From: the human T2T-CHM13v2.0 reference genome, Homo sapiens
Assembly: GCF_009914755.1 (NCBI RefSeq)
Contig: NC_060928.1
Strand: one strand, 5' to 3'
Length of the DNA stretch: 64,000 nt
Numbering within the stretch: the stretch's first letter is position 1; every line of letters starts with the position of its first letter. Positions 27,501-42,439 of this stretch are shown one piece after another. Below the pieces are notes generated by a model. The model made no database searches, was not told the DNA's origin, and was given only the letters and a program-made list of their open reading frames with translations. Position numbers and translations under genes: made by a program.

Positions 27501-30500
27501 CTATCTCCATTGTTCCCTTAAGCCCAGCAGCCAATGTGCAGCCAGGCCCAGCACACGCTCCGCAGCCAGCAACTTCCTCTGAAGCTGCAACGCATAATTA
27601 CAACCAGCTGCTCTGGGCTGCTGGCTGGCCAGCTCTGCAAACAAGCATCCCGATACCTCGAGTTCCTGGGAGGCAACAGCCTGATCTTGGCAGCAACAAA
27701 TTCTCTGAAGGAAGTGCCCACACCCTTGTAAGAAGAGGGAGCAGCCCTTCTCTCTCTCCTGTGGCTTCCAGAGGCCAGCGCTGGTTCTGGTCCGGTTTCT
27801 CCTCTCGCAAGAGACTCTTGCATGTCAGTCAGAGAGAGCTGGTTCTATTGTTAATGGGAAGGTGCCTGCTTTCACCTGCAGCTGCCTTCATCCGACTGGC
27901 CTATTGTCTGACTGGTGTGACCACCAGCAGAATGGCGTGTCTTAGGCAGTAGCACTAGGAGCCCTGGCTTCTGGTCAGCCTCTCAGCTGAGGCATTTTGT
28001 GAATGTGTACAGAGAGATAGGGGTAGGAAACGTGAACTGCCCTCGGCTAGCATGAGGCTAAAAGACAACTGATGTTGCTTAAAAAAATACCAGTGAAAAT
28101 CCAAACAAGCCTAACTTAACTTCCCTAAGGAGAGCAGCATGTGGGCAAGAGAGCTGAGGGTTCGTCCAGGCCCCGCCTCAGAGCTGCGGGTTCATTTTGG
28201 GGCCTCAGTGATCTTTCAGGCTTGGCTACAAGGATGACTCTGATCCAAAATTAGGCTTTGAATGTGTAACACAAGGCTCTTGGCCCCACCCACCGCCTCT
28301 CTCTGCCCTATGCTGTTTCTTTAGAGCCTGGCTGTGGGCCAGAGCTGGCCCTTCTGGCTCTTGGGGGAAGGGCTGGCCACAGCGTTCTGTTTCCAGGCAG
28401 GGCTTTAGCGTGGGTGAAGGTGCATGGCGCAATTTGGGAAGAGGAGGGGAGATCAATACACTTGGAAAGGGCACCCAACCCTAGAATCACCAGCCCCGTC
28501 AATCTAAAGCTGGAGAGGGCCCTGCAAGGGGCAGGTGTGCCACCTGGGGCTGCCGCATTGCCCCCACCCACCTGTGCCTCCCAGCCCAGGCTCCTAATAG
28601 TCCCACTGAGCGCCAGCCAGGCCAGGAGGACTGCCCTGTCATGCCCAATAGCAGCCTCCGAGGTGGGAAGCAGCTGGGAGTCTGCTGTTGAAAAGGAGCT
28701 GCTCATTTTACAGGGCAATTTCCCAGGGATGCCTGCCCTGGCAGTAGTGGCTCAAGTGGGGCAGACAGGAACATCTTCGAGAAGATTCGTTCTTTCTGTC
28801 TGAGCTTGGGCAGTCATACCATGGCCAGCAGCAGCCAGCTGTCTATTATATTGGGTTTCCCATTTGCAGACCTCTTTGTTTCAGTATTAAAAAATCTCGG
28901 GAAACTTTTCTGGCTGAGTGGTACTGGGCAGGTACTCGGGGGCACTTGCTGGGAAGGAATAATAGCAGACAGGTTTGGCAAATGGGATGCAGAGAATTAA
29001 GTCGTTGTTGGATATGTGTGAACAATGGGGTTGGTACATTATCAGCTATAGCTTTTCTGTGTCTCTTCATCAGTTTCTAATAAGCTTTACAATTTAATTT
29101 CCGACAGGAAAAAAGTATCAGTTTAAGGTGCTCTTTTGGTGTTCAACCCATGCTTTCTCTTCTGATTCTTAAGCCTGGCTACACTTTAGAAGCTCATACA
29201 AGCTCATGTCCGTAATAGCATCACGACGCAGCTATTTCAGCCTGCAGATGACTTGTGCAGCATGACTGGATCCTCCACTTAGAGCAGTCTGGAGGGCCCA
29301 GTGACGCAGTAATATGATTTTCGGCAGGTTTTTCTTCGGGCTTACAAGGAGGAGCAAGCTTAACAAGCAAACAGTCATGCCTGAGTTCTCACTTTCCTGC
29401 AAACTTTACTTGAGAACCTCAGAGATGAGAGTTGCTTTAGAAGCCTTCCTAGAGAAGGAATATGGAGAAGGCACCTGTAGCCCTGTGAGATCAGTAAGTG
29501 GAGGGGAAAAAAAAAAAGATGTACAAAAACAGAAAGAGAAAAAAAAGCCAGTCTTCAGGGTTATAAAAAATGAAGTTGGGAAGGATAAGCGCTGGGTTTC
29601 AAGGCTTAGATTATTCTAACTCTGTCTGTAATTACCTGCATGGAGTTGGCAGTTTACTGACTTCTTCTAGTTTAGGTTTTCTCATTTGTAAAATAGAGGA
29701 GATTATACCATTTCTCTGCCATTCTACCATGGGGAAGCGTGTGTGTCTGTGACTGTGGAGTGAGGGGGAGAGAGGAAGCATGCTAAAAACGTTAAAAGTA
29801 GTGTAGAAATGCATTTTGCAGTAGTAAAGTTAACTATTGGTAATAATAGCATCTACTTGTGCACCTTCTACAGGTTATCTGTTTATATTTAAATGAATCA
29901 TTAGGTCCAGCCATGGAAGTGGATTTAATGAAATACTGTCGACCAATGAATGAAGAAATATAAGTACTTTTTCATCTTCTTATTTTGAGAGAAAAAAATC
30001 ATATTTTCTGTAATTTATAAACCATCAGATGAAGTTTTATTTTACCACATAAACGCAACTATGAAGGTTTTCGGGCCTCTTCCAGCATCTCCTAGTGCTT
30101 TCCAAAGATGTTCCTGACAGTCTGAGAGCAAGGTATCATGTATCATTCTTTCCACCAACAGATGGAGAAACTGAAGCATGAAGAGGTGACGCGAGGTCAC
30201 CGAGGGAGCAGGTGATGGACTGGCTTCTGGTCTCTTGCTCCAAACCCTGCTCCAATTTGTCTTTCTTATAAACAGCCATTAATAACTTTATCTCCAGGCT
30301 GAATGCTGCCAACCAGGACCCACAACGTGCTGAGCATTTGTATGCAAATGAGCTCTCCACCATCCTGGGGAGAACACAGGGTGCTGAACAGGAATGGAGG
30401 AAGGAGAAATAATTGTTACTACTGGAGTCTAAAACGCCATCCAAACCCAGACTCACAGTGAAATTCCAGAAATGAGGAAGTAATGAGTGTTAAATTCAAT

Positions 30501-30547
30501 ATCATCAGTCAATCCACTACTAACAGATCAAGATCCTATAAACCTAA

Positions 30548-30881
<334 letters not shown>

Positions 30882-31403
30882 ACATTTACTTTATTTAAAA
30901 ATCTATTTTTGACACTAAGAGATTTTCCTTCCTTAATATCAGAACTGTGCCAAGAATTAGATGGATGGCAAAATAATTAAAATTTCATGTTAATGTTCAT
31001 ATGTTGTGATCATGCGTATCACCATGTATAAGTCAACCAAATGCTTAGGTTGATGGAACATTCCTATTTAAAAATTAAAGTTGTGACCCATTTTCCTTCA
31101 CATATTGTCGGCTCAAATATGTACCTGTTCCCTTTAGGCTTTCAGCCCGACTCAGCCACTAGCTTTGTGACCTTCGGCAAAGGCCCTGAACCTCAATCTC
31201 CTACTCTGCAAATGGGAGCAGTCAGGTTTGTCTCAGATTTTTTGCAAAGGCTAATTGACTTCATGTTTGTAAAAGTATTGGAAGCAACCCCTGGCACGTA
31301 GACAGTGCTTAGTGAATACCATTTCCTTTTTCCCCCTTTGAATATGTTTGTTATGAAATGCTTGAGTTTTTGGAGCCAAGGTATACTTTTATATACCTTG
31401 CTC

Positions 31404-31459
31404 ACAATTCTATAAGGTAGCTAAGGAAGGTACAATTCTATAAGGTAGCTAAGGAAGGT
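31404..31459. repeat. Perfect 28-bp tandem duplication
   Basis: ACAATTCTATAAGGTAGCTAAGGAAGGT x2. Confidence 0.95.
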
Positions 31460-32441
31460 GCAATTATGCCTTTCATATATAGAAGAAAACTCTGTCTCTG
31501 AGAGGTAATTTGCTCAGAGTCAGGCTGCAAATTGGTGCAGAACTAGAAGCCTGGCACCCTAATTCCTAGTCCTGTGATCTTTCCATTAACTTTTTATTGC
31601 CACCATTGCCTCCGCCTCAATGAAAGCTCCTGTTGTAGCCCACCCCAAACCAATTCCAGCTCCCAGGATGTGGCTCCTCGGTGCCTCTTTCCACCCCTCC
31701 CTGCACTGTTGCCCTAGCTTCAACTCCATCCCATTTTTCAGTGACTTCCCTCTACCTCTACCTGGGTCTGGATGCTCAGAGACTAATCTACATAGTGTAT
31801 GAGTCCAAATGACTTTGGGAGGAAGGTTCTTTTAAACAAAAGAGGTTGAATTAGATACCACCATACATATTGTGTTGTTAAATATCTACAGCATGATAAA
31901 ATCATTCCAAATGTCACCAATCCCTGGGGAGTTTATTAATAATTAAGCATTTTTAGTTCACTTAGAAATGCAGATTCCATTTAACAACAGAATGTACACT
32001 AAATATGTCCATTATATTGCAGCTTGCAGCAGAATATGTTAGAGATCTCAGCTGGGTTTCTCCAGGACAGATGACAAAGTTAATGCAGGTATCAGTCTTT
32101 CCTAAAGGTGGCAGAGGAGCCAAAAGCAGCATCCTGGATTGGTTTATAGGGTCTGCATTTATTAGGAGTGTTTATTAGGATGTCTAATAATGGAAAAGAC
32201 AACTTGGCAAGGGTAGGAGTGGATTGGAGGAGAGCCGGGAGAAGCCCAAAGGAAATGGGATGATCTCGAAAAACAAAAGGAAGGGCAGCAACCCAGGGTC
32301 TGTGGTGTGTGAATCATTTGTCCACACACTGATTTTTAAGGTTTTCAAGGAACAGGCAAACAAAGCTATCATTTTATATGTTCCACTTGCTTGGAAGGCC
32401 ATTTACATTTTTTTTGGCTTATTCCGGAAAGATAGTCATGG

Positions 32442-32443
<2 letters not shown>

Positions 32444-32475
<32 letters not shown>

Positions 32476-32690
32476 CACACACTACACACATGTACTCCAC
32501 ACACACACACACACTTCACACACATGCACACACACACTCACATATACACACATGCACAAGCACTTTTCTTTAAAATGCAGTTTTATTTCCTGGGCAAGGA
32601 CAGAACAGCGAATATCAAGAAAGGAAGAATGGGGAAGAAGGGAAGGGCAGGAAGGAAGGAGTGGAGGGAGGAAGGCAGGCAAGCAAAAAG
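32444..32690. repeat. Imperfect (CA)n tract followed by a GA-rich low-complexity tract
   Basis: Directly visible. Confidence 0.9.
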
Positions 32691-35600
32691 GCTGGCAACC
32701 TTCTTTGTCTCTTCCATAGATTTACTGTTTCTTCCTAGGCCCACCAAAAAAGGTTCCTTTTGAAGGTGATACAGAGGAGGGAGGAAAAGAGAGAGAAATT
32801 GAGATAAAGAGGAAGTGGGGCGCGGTTGTGGTGAGATGCAGGGAAATGAGCTGATCCAGGCATTAGTGTTGGAGCTCTCGCTCGCTGTGCAATGCAGGAT
32901 CTTGGGCATGTTATTTAACTTCTCTGTCTAGGCCCCTTTCCTACCAGCAGAAGTTTTCATGATCTTACAGACTCCCTCTAGCCTTCATGTTCCAGAAACC
33001 TAGGCTTGAAGCAGTGAGAAGGCCCCTTCTTAATGATACCTGAAAACTTTGCAAGCTTTTAGCAGAAAATGACTGTGGATAAATACTTCTATTTCCTCGT
33101 TTTCCAAACGGAAACTACATTGCAAGCTATGCCACTTCTTTCCTCTCTCACTTAAAGCACCTGCCAAACTAATAAAAGAGTCATAAATTTAGTTGTAAGG
33201 GCTCCAACAAAAGAGAAAATCCCCGCCTACTAGGGCAGCCAGGCTGTCACCAGGAAGTAAAAGCTGCAGCGGAGACTGCTCTTGTGTAGAGTGTAGCCAG
33301 TCTGGGTGCTGGAGGGGCAGCAAGGCCGAGAAGCAGCACAGAATGAACATGGGCAAAGGACTCAGCTAACACTGCAGTTTCTTAATTTCCTTCCTGAGAT
33401 GATTGGGGTTCAGGGTCCAGTGAGTACCGCCTCAAAGGGACTTCCCGGTCTGAAAATGGTGTGTGCATGTCTGGGGACTCACTCCCCAGGTGTTCTCCAA
33501 AACCAACACTTTCTGTTGTTTGAGGAGAGGGCAAGGAGTGTTATTTATCGCACAGCTGCCTTGGGAGAATTAGGGAGGGAGCTGAGCTTCAAAACAGCTT
33601 GTGAACTTAGAGACTAGGAAATGGTGGAGAAAGATGACTTAAAGCCAAATAGATTAATAAACTCAATTATCTGGATGGTTTTCATTAGCCACTGGTTTTC
33701 CTTTTCTGAAAATCACGGCTGTTTTTTCCTGCTATGAACCAGCACATCCCCAGTGAGAACAGTGTTTATTATATTTCAACATTCACAGAAGCAGGTGGTG
33801 AGCTTTCCCATTTTGCCTTAACACAGACACACACATATCACCACCACCACCAATAACAACCTGATAATGCAAAGAATTGCTTTGCTCTGTCTCTTTAAAT
33901 AATCTAAAAATACTCCTTGGGTACCATCAAGGCTAATCATCACAATTATGCTTATAACCAAGCGGGTACCACCACCTATGGTCCATATGTTGCTTCAGAT
34001 AGGGACTGCAGGGTCATATTAGATAGGGCATGGCCTCACTCTTCAGCAGGATTAACAGAAGATGTGTGCACGTGTGTGTGTTTGTGTGTGGGAATTGTTA
34101 CCAGGTTTAGCTCCTGTAATTTCTCACACTTTAGGTTCCTGGCATAGAAAAGCATCTTTGAAATTTCTAGGGTTCTAAGCATAATCACAGATTTTTCAAG
34201 CTGGCAGGAGTAGGGTCCAACCAACTCACTGTGTAGATGATTAAACTGTGGCTCCAAGAAGTTAGCAGATGAAGGGTGGGTCACCCAGTTGGTTGGTCAG
34301 AGATCCAGGAATGGAATCTTGGCCTCCAGGTTCCTTGTCCTGTGCTCTTTCTACTCAGTGTGGATTTGAGATCTGTTTTGCAGAATTTCCTTTAGGTTTT
34401 GTACTCAGCTGGAGACCACACATCATGTTATGGGTTTATGTATCCAAAGTCTTCACTAGTCAAGTGTTCCCCAGCACTCTCTGCGCTGGTCCACACTGTC
34501 ACAAGGCCACATCGCTGCAAAAAGATATGGCAGGAGCACTCGGCTCCGACAGAACACACGTGCTTTTTCATCAATATCCTTTTTCTTTGCTCTGAGGTTA
34601 ATTTCTGCTTGGCCTCAATTTCTTTTTTATCTGTGCCTATTCATTTATATTAGTTTGTATACCAACACTTACATCACTCATCTTTAAATCTGGGAGACAT
34701 TGAACATAGCTAAATGCAACTCATAGAACCTGAAAAACAATCTAAGTCTAAGTTTGTGTAGTATTTCTTGTGTAGTATTTCTTATCCACTCCCCATAGTG
34801 ATATGATAAGTGGGAACTTTGAAATCATGTCAGTATCAAACCTCCCTTCTGAAGATGAGGCTAAATGACCTGCCCAAGGACATTACACAGAGCTGGGAAG
34901 GGAATGGTCTCCCTAGACTCACCAACTTTTCTTCTTTTGATTATGCCACAAGACTTATGAACCTGCCAAAATCTACATTTACACCCTCTGCTCTTTTCCA
35001 AACCCCTGGTATAGACACTAGAGGTCAATGAGATGTACATGACATGTGCATGGAAAGAATATGGAGAGGACAGGATAAGGCCTGAGCAACCTAGCTTATG
35101 CTGTTCAATGAATGAGCTACAAGCCATGTGTGCATATTTAAGTTAAAATTAAGTTAAAATTAAACATTTAGTTCCATAGTTGTACTAACCACCTTTCAAG
35201 TATTCAGGAGCCAGAAGTGGCTAATGGCTACAACATTACACAGTACAGATATGGAACACTGCTGTCACAGCAGAAACTTCCAGACCTTCGGCCATCAGGA
35301 CCAAATAATAATAATTACCATATACTGAGCCCCAATAGCATACCACACCCTGTCACTTGTGTTTAGTGCCTATTATCTAATTAATCTTTGTAAAAGCCAC
35401 AAGGTATTATTATTATTTGTATTTGCCAGAGGAAGAAACTGACCTGTAAAATTCTTAATAATTTGCCCTCAGTGTTTGATAGTAAATGGCAGAAATATGA
35501 ACACAGACCTGTCGATGGCAAACTATAATATGACCTCCATTTCTCTGTGAGGAGCCATAAAGACTGATAACAATCTAGCAAACATTTATTGAGCAGCTAC

Positions 35601-36560
35601 TATGTGCCAGGCGCTGTTCTAACAAGTAGCATACATATTCATAGACTCCTCTATAAGGTAGGTATGATTATTATAATTTTATAGGTGAAGAAATGAGCTT
35701 AGGAAAGTTGAGAAACTCTCTTGTGGTCATCTGACTACTAAACAATAGAGTCAAGATTTGAACCCAGGCCATCTGATTCTATAACCTGAGTTCCAAACTG
35801 CCACAATCCACTGATGAACAATTGGTGGTTGCATCTGGGTTGTACGAAAGTCAAGGACTGACCTGTGGCTTATGGTTCCAATCTTTGTTCACAGGGCTGG
35901 TTGCTCTTTCCAGATGGGCTCCCTTGCGGGGCCAGTCCTCAAATGCCTCTGGTCAGAAGGATCTGCTCTGTTTCTCCCTGCTGCTGGCCAGCAAGGTCTG
36001 TTGCTGTCTCTGTAAAGCTGTTACTGCTAGAAGTCATCACAAAAAGCAACATTTGAGTAAGTCTTAACATGGGTCCTTTGGCCTGCTCCTTCAAGTTGTC
36101 CCACTGCAGCTCACCACAGGGCAACTTTAAGAGCATCCTGTTGACATTCCTTCTTAACATTTGGCCAGCCCAGAAGACATCCCTTCAGTCCTGGTGGGCT
36201 GGCTGCACTCCAGGGCATGTTGGTGAATCTAGCATATCCTTTAATGTGAAGCAGTCTAATAGGCTCGTGAACTGGCTCAAAAAGTTGGCGGTGATATTTG
36301 CGGCACTGGTCTGTGGATTTTTATTTAGTTTGGTCTAAAACCAGGAGGCATATGGACACCATATTCCACCTGCCAGCCTCATCAGGATATTCTGATTTTT
36401 TTCTCTATTTTTCCATCGCTTTTATATTTTTAGAGCATTACTCCTATTTGAGAATTGAAATTCTGTGGTGATTTTTAATTGTGTTTCAGTGGTGAAATTC
36501 TTTGGCTCCCAATTGGATTTCCTTGCATGGGTTCGCATTTTGTCTTGGTCAATGTTTTGA

Positions 36561-36896
<336 letters not shown>

Positions 36897-39591
36897 TGAA
36901 AATTCATAGATGACTTTAAGAGAAGATGGTCTGTGGACTGTAAAGTTGGAAGTGCCTCCCTTAAGACCTGGAAACTTAGGTTTCTTTACGTGCTCTGGAA
37001 CAAATAAATACTCAAACCAGCCTCAAACTATTGGTGGTATGTGCTGGCTGTGGGCAATACCAGCAAATAACTGGCAGGATCTTCCTGGGATCCTACAGAG
37101 CTTCTTTAGTGAGGGCAATAACTGGCCATGTGGAAGCCAACTCATGTTATCAAAGACTTTGTAAACTTGGAGGGTACGATGCACTTCCTCCATGTGACAT
37201 GCCACAAGTACCACAGGAAAGTCACTCCCACCTCCCCACTGCAGCCCAAATACACGGCTGTCTTGCAAGAGTACAACTGACCATCACTGGCTTGCCAGGA
37301 TGCTGACCTGAATTTTGCTACAACAGAAAGTGTGGAAAGCTTGTGAGAGCTGTCTTATCATTCTCAAATTTTTTTCTCCTTCAAAAAAGATGATGAACTT
37401 GAAATCTTGCTGCCTGTTCTTGGCATCCTATATAATAATGAATGAGAGATACGGCTATCTAAGTAGCGTCTTCCATTTCAACTAAAAAATTTTCTCAGGT
37501 GCAGGCCTGGGACTTACAACTCATGATTCCAGTTCCAGCTTCCTTAAGGTGAAACACATTCATATTTTAAAACCAAATTGGCATGGATACTTCAAGAGGT
37601 AGTACATTCCCTCTCGTTGGAGAGACTTGAGCACAAGCTGGTTGGCTATTTGTTTATTTTTATTATTTTTCCATCTCCCTCTCCTAGTACTGGTTGGCTA
37701 TTTAGAGGGCATACTATGATGGGGATTTAAGAACTGCTCAGACGGCCAGATTAGATTACCCAATCAAACACTGACAGGCTTTGATTCTAGCTTGTTCTCC
37801 AGTCTGCAAATGTCGGTACCCATAATGTTCTACTCTTTAAATAGACCATGCTTTTCCTTCTCAGGGTCTTTCCCTATGCTGTGTGCCATGTGTATGTGTT
37901 TTTAAATTTTCCTGGAACATCAATACTTCCCACCCCTGTACATGGCTAGTGTAGACCTTTTTTTTTAATTGTTCAAATGTTAATTTAAATGTTTTCTGCT
38001 TAGAGAGGCCATTTCTAATCCGTCTGTCTATATAGATACATTATGTTATTCTCTATCTCTGAATCTAATTTTTCCCCCAGATGTAGGCAGTTTGTAAGTA
38101 TATCTGTAATTGTTTGTCATTTGGTTGGCTGTAGCCCGTAGGAGGGACCTGTGTCTATTTTATTCATTAATGTATATCTGTGTTTAGTGTATAACAGGCA
38201 CTTAAATAATTTTTGAATATCTGGCTGAATGGATGAATATTAAAATCAGATTGAAGTCATTTATAGAAACTACACTGCAGAATTTTTTAGCTGGAAGACA
38301 TGTTTAGAAACAATCTATTCCATTGTTTACCAGTGAAGTATAAATACTTTGGTTTCTTCTTTCCTTACTCCGCAAGGCTGATGGTTGAGCTATATACATT
38401 TCTAAGTGCTATATAGCTATTTTTGATTAGGTCACCTGTTGGGACTTGTTTACTGTATCATCAGAAATCCCAGCAAGAGAAAAGAGAAGTTTTTTTGTTT
38501 TGTTTTGTTTTGTTTGCTTTTTAAACAATATCCAGGGCTTGGAAATGTACTTATAGTCTATTACTTTCTTTCCAGATCATTTGGAATAATTTATATTCCT
38601 TCAGACTTCATATAGCTCCAGCTTGTCTGTGAGGAGTGGGTGGGGCCTGAAGTCTTCCTCTGGTCCTGTGGGTGGACAATGACCTTGCCTGTCTGGCTCT
38701 TGGGCACCATGGTGAACTCTCCGGGTGGGGGCTGGCTACACTGAGTGTGTGTGGGACCAAAGTAGTAGGCACCAATGATCAGATGCATCAGGAACAAAGA
38801 GGGAGGAGGGCAGGTTCCTGAAAATAGAAAGCACATCACAAAATAGATGATGAGTTGATAATGCCTTGAGGCCTTTGTTCAGGAACACTTCGGCACTATA
38901 AAGGGAAAAATGACAGTGCCATATTCTTCTGTGAAGTGTGAGTCGGTTTTCTTCAAGAGTCTTCCCAAAGAAGGCCTTGTGGGTTGTGGCTAACTCAGTT
39001 TTCCATTTTTATCTAGATTTGTTCTTTAACGCAAGTGTTATTCTTTTCCAAGGCTTGCTGTATCATCACATTAACAATAAGATAAAACTTGACAAAAATT
39101 CACTGAAAACAATAAATGTGGTAATTGCATATTCTTGTCCTAGGTATTCCCTTTTTGTTCTCAATTAAAAAGCAGTTCCAGCAGTTGTGTATGCTGTATC
39201 ATTTGTTCACCTTAAATAAATACTTTTGAATCTAAAAATATAGCAGAAATAAAACTTTCTGAAAAAAATAAAAAGCTGAAACAGTGTCACATCAAAAATA
39301 AGAAATGGATTTTAGGGGATCGGGATGGTTTTCAAGAGGTTGATGTTTTCTGACAAGCCAACCCCATTACAGGCCGCTATCTAGGGGATCTAAAGTCTAC
39401 ACCAAATAACCAGCCTAGAACTCTAGCAGAATAGTATAAACACCCACTCAGATATCTTAGATTCGTTTACACTTAAAAATATGAGTTAACTATACGCATT
39501 GGCAGATATTTCATCAAAGTACAGATTTCAAGTAGCATTTGGTCAGCCGAAGACTATTATCTAGTGATTTATTTTAAATAGCTTTGCTTAA

Positions 39592-39894
<303 letters not shown>

Positions 39895-40639
39895 TGATTC
39901 TTAAGTGTGAGCAATGGTGAAAATTTGTAAGACTTCTATTAGATAGCGGTACACAAGAGTTTGCCACTGCTAGGGTCATGGACTCAGCCTCACGTCTCTA
40001 TCTACAGGTAACTGGTCCTAGAACTGACCCAGGAAACTTCAGAAAGAAGCAAAGTGACCTGACCACTTTAGCATTCACACCTGATCCATGGAGCAGCCTG
40101 GCTCTGTACCCTTCAGGTCATCATAACCTGTCTCCTCCCGTTCACCTGCAGCCTTTTTAGAGGCAGGCTGCTAACACGAAGACAGAGATCTGACACAGCC
40201 TCCTCTTCTGTGCTCACACTTCTCCCATGACATGCTGGAACCAGCACATCAGAGCAGACACACTCGTAATAAGACCAAAAAGCAGTGACAGTGCTGACAA
40301 TTTTACACCTAGGCCAGGTGCCAGAACCGACAGTGGGGAAGAGGTGCAGGGAGGGAGGGGGATACCGTACTCTGAACACTTTTTTGAAAACACAGGTTAG
40401 GGTTACTATTAACTTGCTGCTACTAGGAGACTCTGGTTTGAGTTTTGTTGTTGTTGTTTTTTTCCCCTAGATCCTTTGAAGGTGGGGCCTCAGGTGAGGT
40501 CAAAAAAAGGTTTTTAGATCCCAGACATATATGGAACTAGCAGAGCTGATCATTTGAGGGGGCAGAACCCTTATTATCAGCCCCACGTTGGCCAATGGAA
40601 GCCTGGGACTTTTTTCATGTTGCCATGTTCGTCATCTAT

Positions 40640-41140
40640 ACAGCATCTATGCACCTCAAATAGGCTGAAATATTTTTATCTTACAGTTGTTTTGTGAGTC
40701 AGGAATTCAGGGATAGCTTAGCTGCATGATTTTGGCCCAGAGTCTCTTTACCAGGCCAAGCTGTTGGCCAGGGCTGCTGTCATCTGAAGGTGTGATTAAC
40801 ATTAGAGGATCCTCTTCCTAGAAGGCTCACTCACACGGCTGGTGAGTTGCTGCTGGCTGATGGTGGAGGCCTCAGTTCCTTGAAACATGGACCACTCCAA
40901 GCAACTGCTTGAGTGTTCTCATGACATGGTGCCTGACTTTCCCCAGAATGAATGACGCAAGAGACAGCAATGTGGAAGCCACAATGCCTTTCATGGGCTT
41001 GAAAGTCACACTGTCATTCTGCAATATTCACTTGGTCACACAGGTTAGCCCTGCTTCATAGGGGAGGGGAATATACAAGAACATAAATACCAGGAGGCAA
41101 GGGTCACTGGAGGTCATCTGGGAGGCTAGCAACCACAGCT
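40640..41140 (-). mobile_element. MaLR LTR (MLT1F/G/H-like)
   Basis: TTTGTGAGTCAGGAATTCAGG; GGCTCACTCACACGGCTGG; CTGCTTGAGTGTTCTCATGACATGG. Confidence 0.7.
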
Positions 41141-42439
41141 GCCTATTGGTCCTGCCACTGCCTCTGGGAATCAGTCTGCCCAATGCCTGAACAGCTATAT
41201 AAATCCGATGCTCACGGAAATTCTCCAGTATCCTTTTAGAGAAGGGTCCACAGCTCCTGACCTACTTGCCTCAGGTGGGTGCTGGCTCAGTCCCTTGCCC
41301 TAGCCACCACACCTCTGGCTGGGCGGCAGTGTGCATGTGGGGACGGCTAGGAAGGAGGCCCTGATGAGCCAGACACACAATCATGGCTTAGAATGCGACT
41401 TTAAAGCCAGGCCCACCCCCAGAGACTCTTCGGGCTCTAAAATGGCCAACTAAACCTAAGTAAGTGTCTGAGTTACACCTGTGAGGCTCTGGGGAGAATG
41501 CGGCCTCACTGGATTTCTGCTCTTTTCCTGGAGGGAAATAACCTTGCTGACTCAGATGGGAGTAAGAAGCTGTTAGCAGTTGCTGGGTTCACCTTCGATG
41601 GAAATCTGGAAATTCCAATGAACCACCATCATTTTCTGCAAGATAATCTAACCTAATTTCAACTGTAAAATTTAAATTTTCAAATGTACTGAAGAGATAG
41701 TACATGCCAGGCATTTATACACAGTATTTCCCTTAATCATCACAAAAAACCTGTGTAGTAGGTATCAGGCCCACCATTTTATAGAGGAGTGAACTGAAGC
41801 CCCAGAGGTTAAACTCCCAGCTAGCAAATGGGGGAGCCAGGGTCTGCCTCCCAAGCCTGGGTGATAGGGCTCTGTCAGAACTCTCCAAAAGAGAAGGGGC
41901 ATAAATCACAGGTCTATCCAGGGAGCGGAGGGAGAGGGGGAGTGCCCCACACAGTCACAGCAGCAGGGCAGGAGGAGGATGGGGGCTGGGGGCAGCGGAG
42001 GACAGATGGGAGCTCCTGTTAGGAGCCACGTTTCCTCGGCTGGGAACCCCTACTGCTGAGTCTCTGCAACAGCGATGCCAGGTCTGTCTCAAGGGCGGCA
42101 AACTGTGCCTCTCCCTCCTCCTGCAAGGAGAGTCGGGTTGTTCATAATGATAGGTACTCTATGCCAGGCTTCCTGCCAAGTTAAGAACCACTTTTTAAAA
42201 ATCTTCACAACATTCCTAGGAAGTAAGTATTATTCCCCGCATTTGATAGCTGGGGAGGTGCGGAGTTGGGGACTTTAGGAACATCCTCAAGGTCACAGAG
42301 CTCCAGGGTGTCCATGCTCACGTTTCAATCCAGGCTTCTGACTTTAGGGCCAGCAGAACTCTTTAACATCATGTTCCACCAGGCAGAGGTTGGGGGGTCA
42401 GGCGACCACATGGGCCGTTCATCTTTGCAGGAACTGACA

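Noticed and set aside
27347-27952. 201-aa + strand ORF and overlapping ORFs
   Set aside because: No recognisable domain or splice-bounded coding structure; more consistent with regulatory or UTR sequence.
32224-32763. 179-aa His/Thr-rich ORF
   Set aside because: Translation of (CA)n and GA-rich simple repeats.
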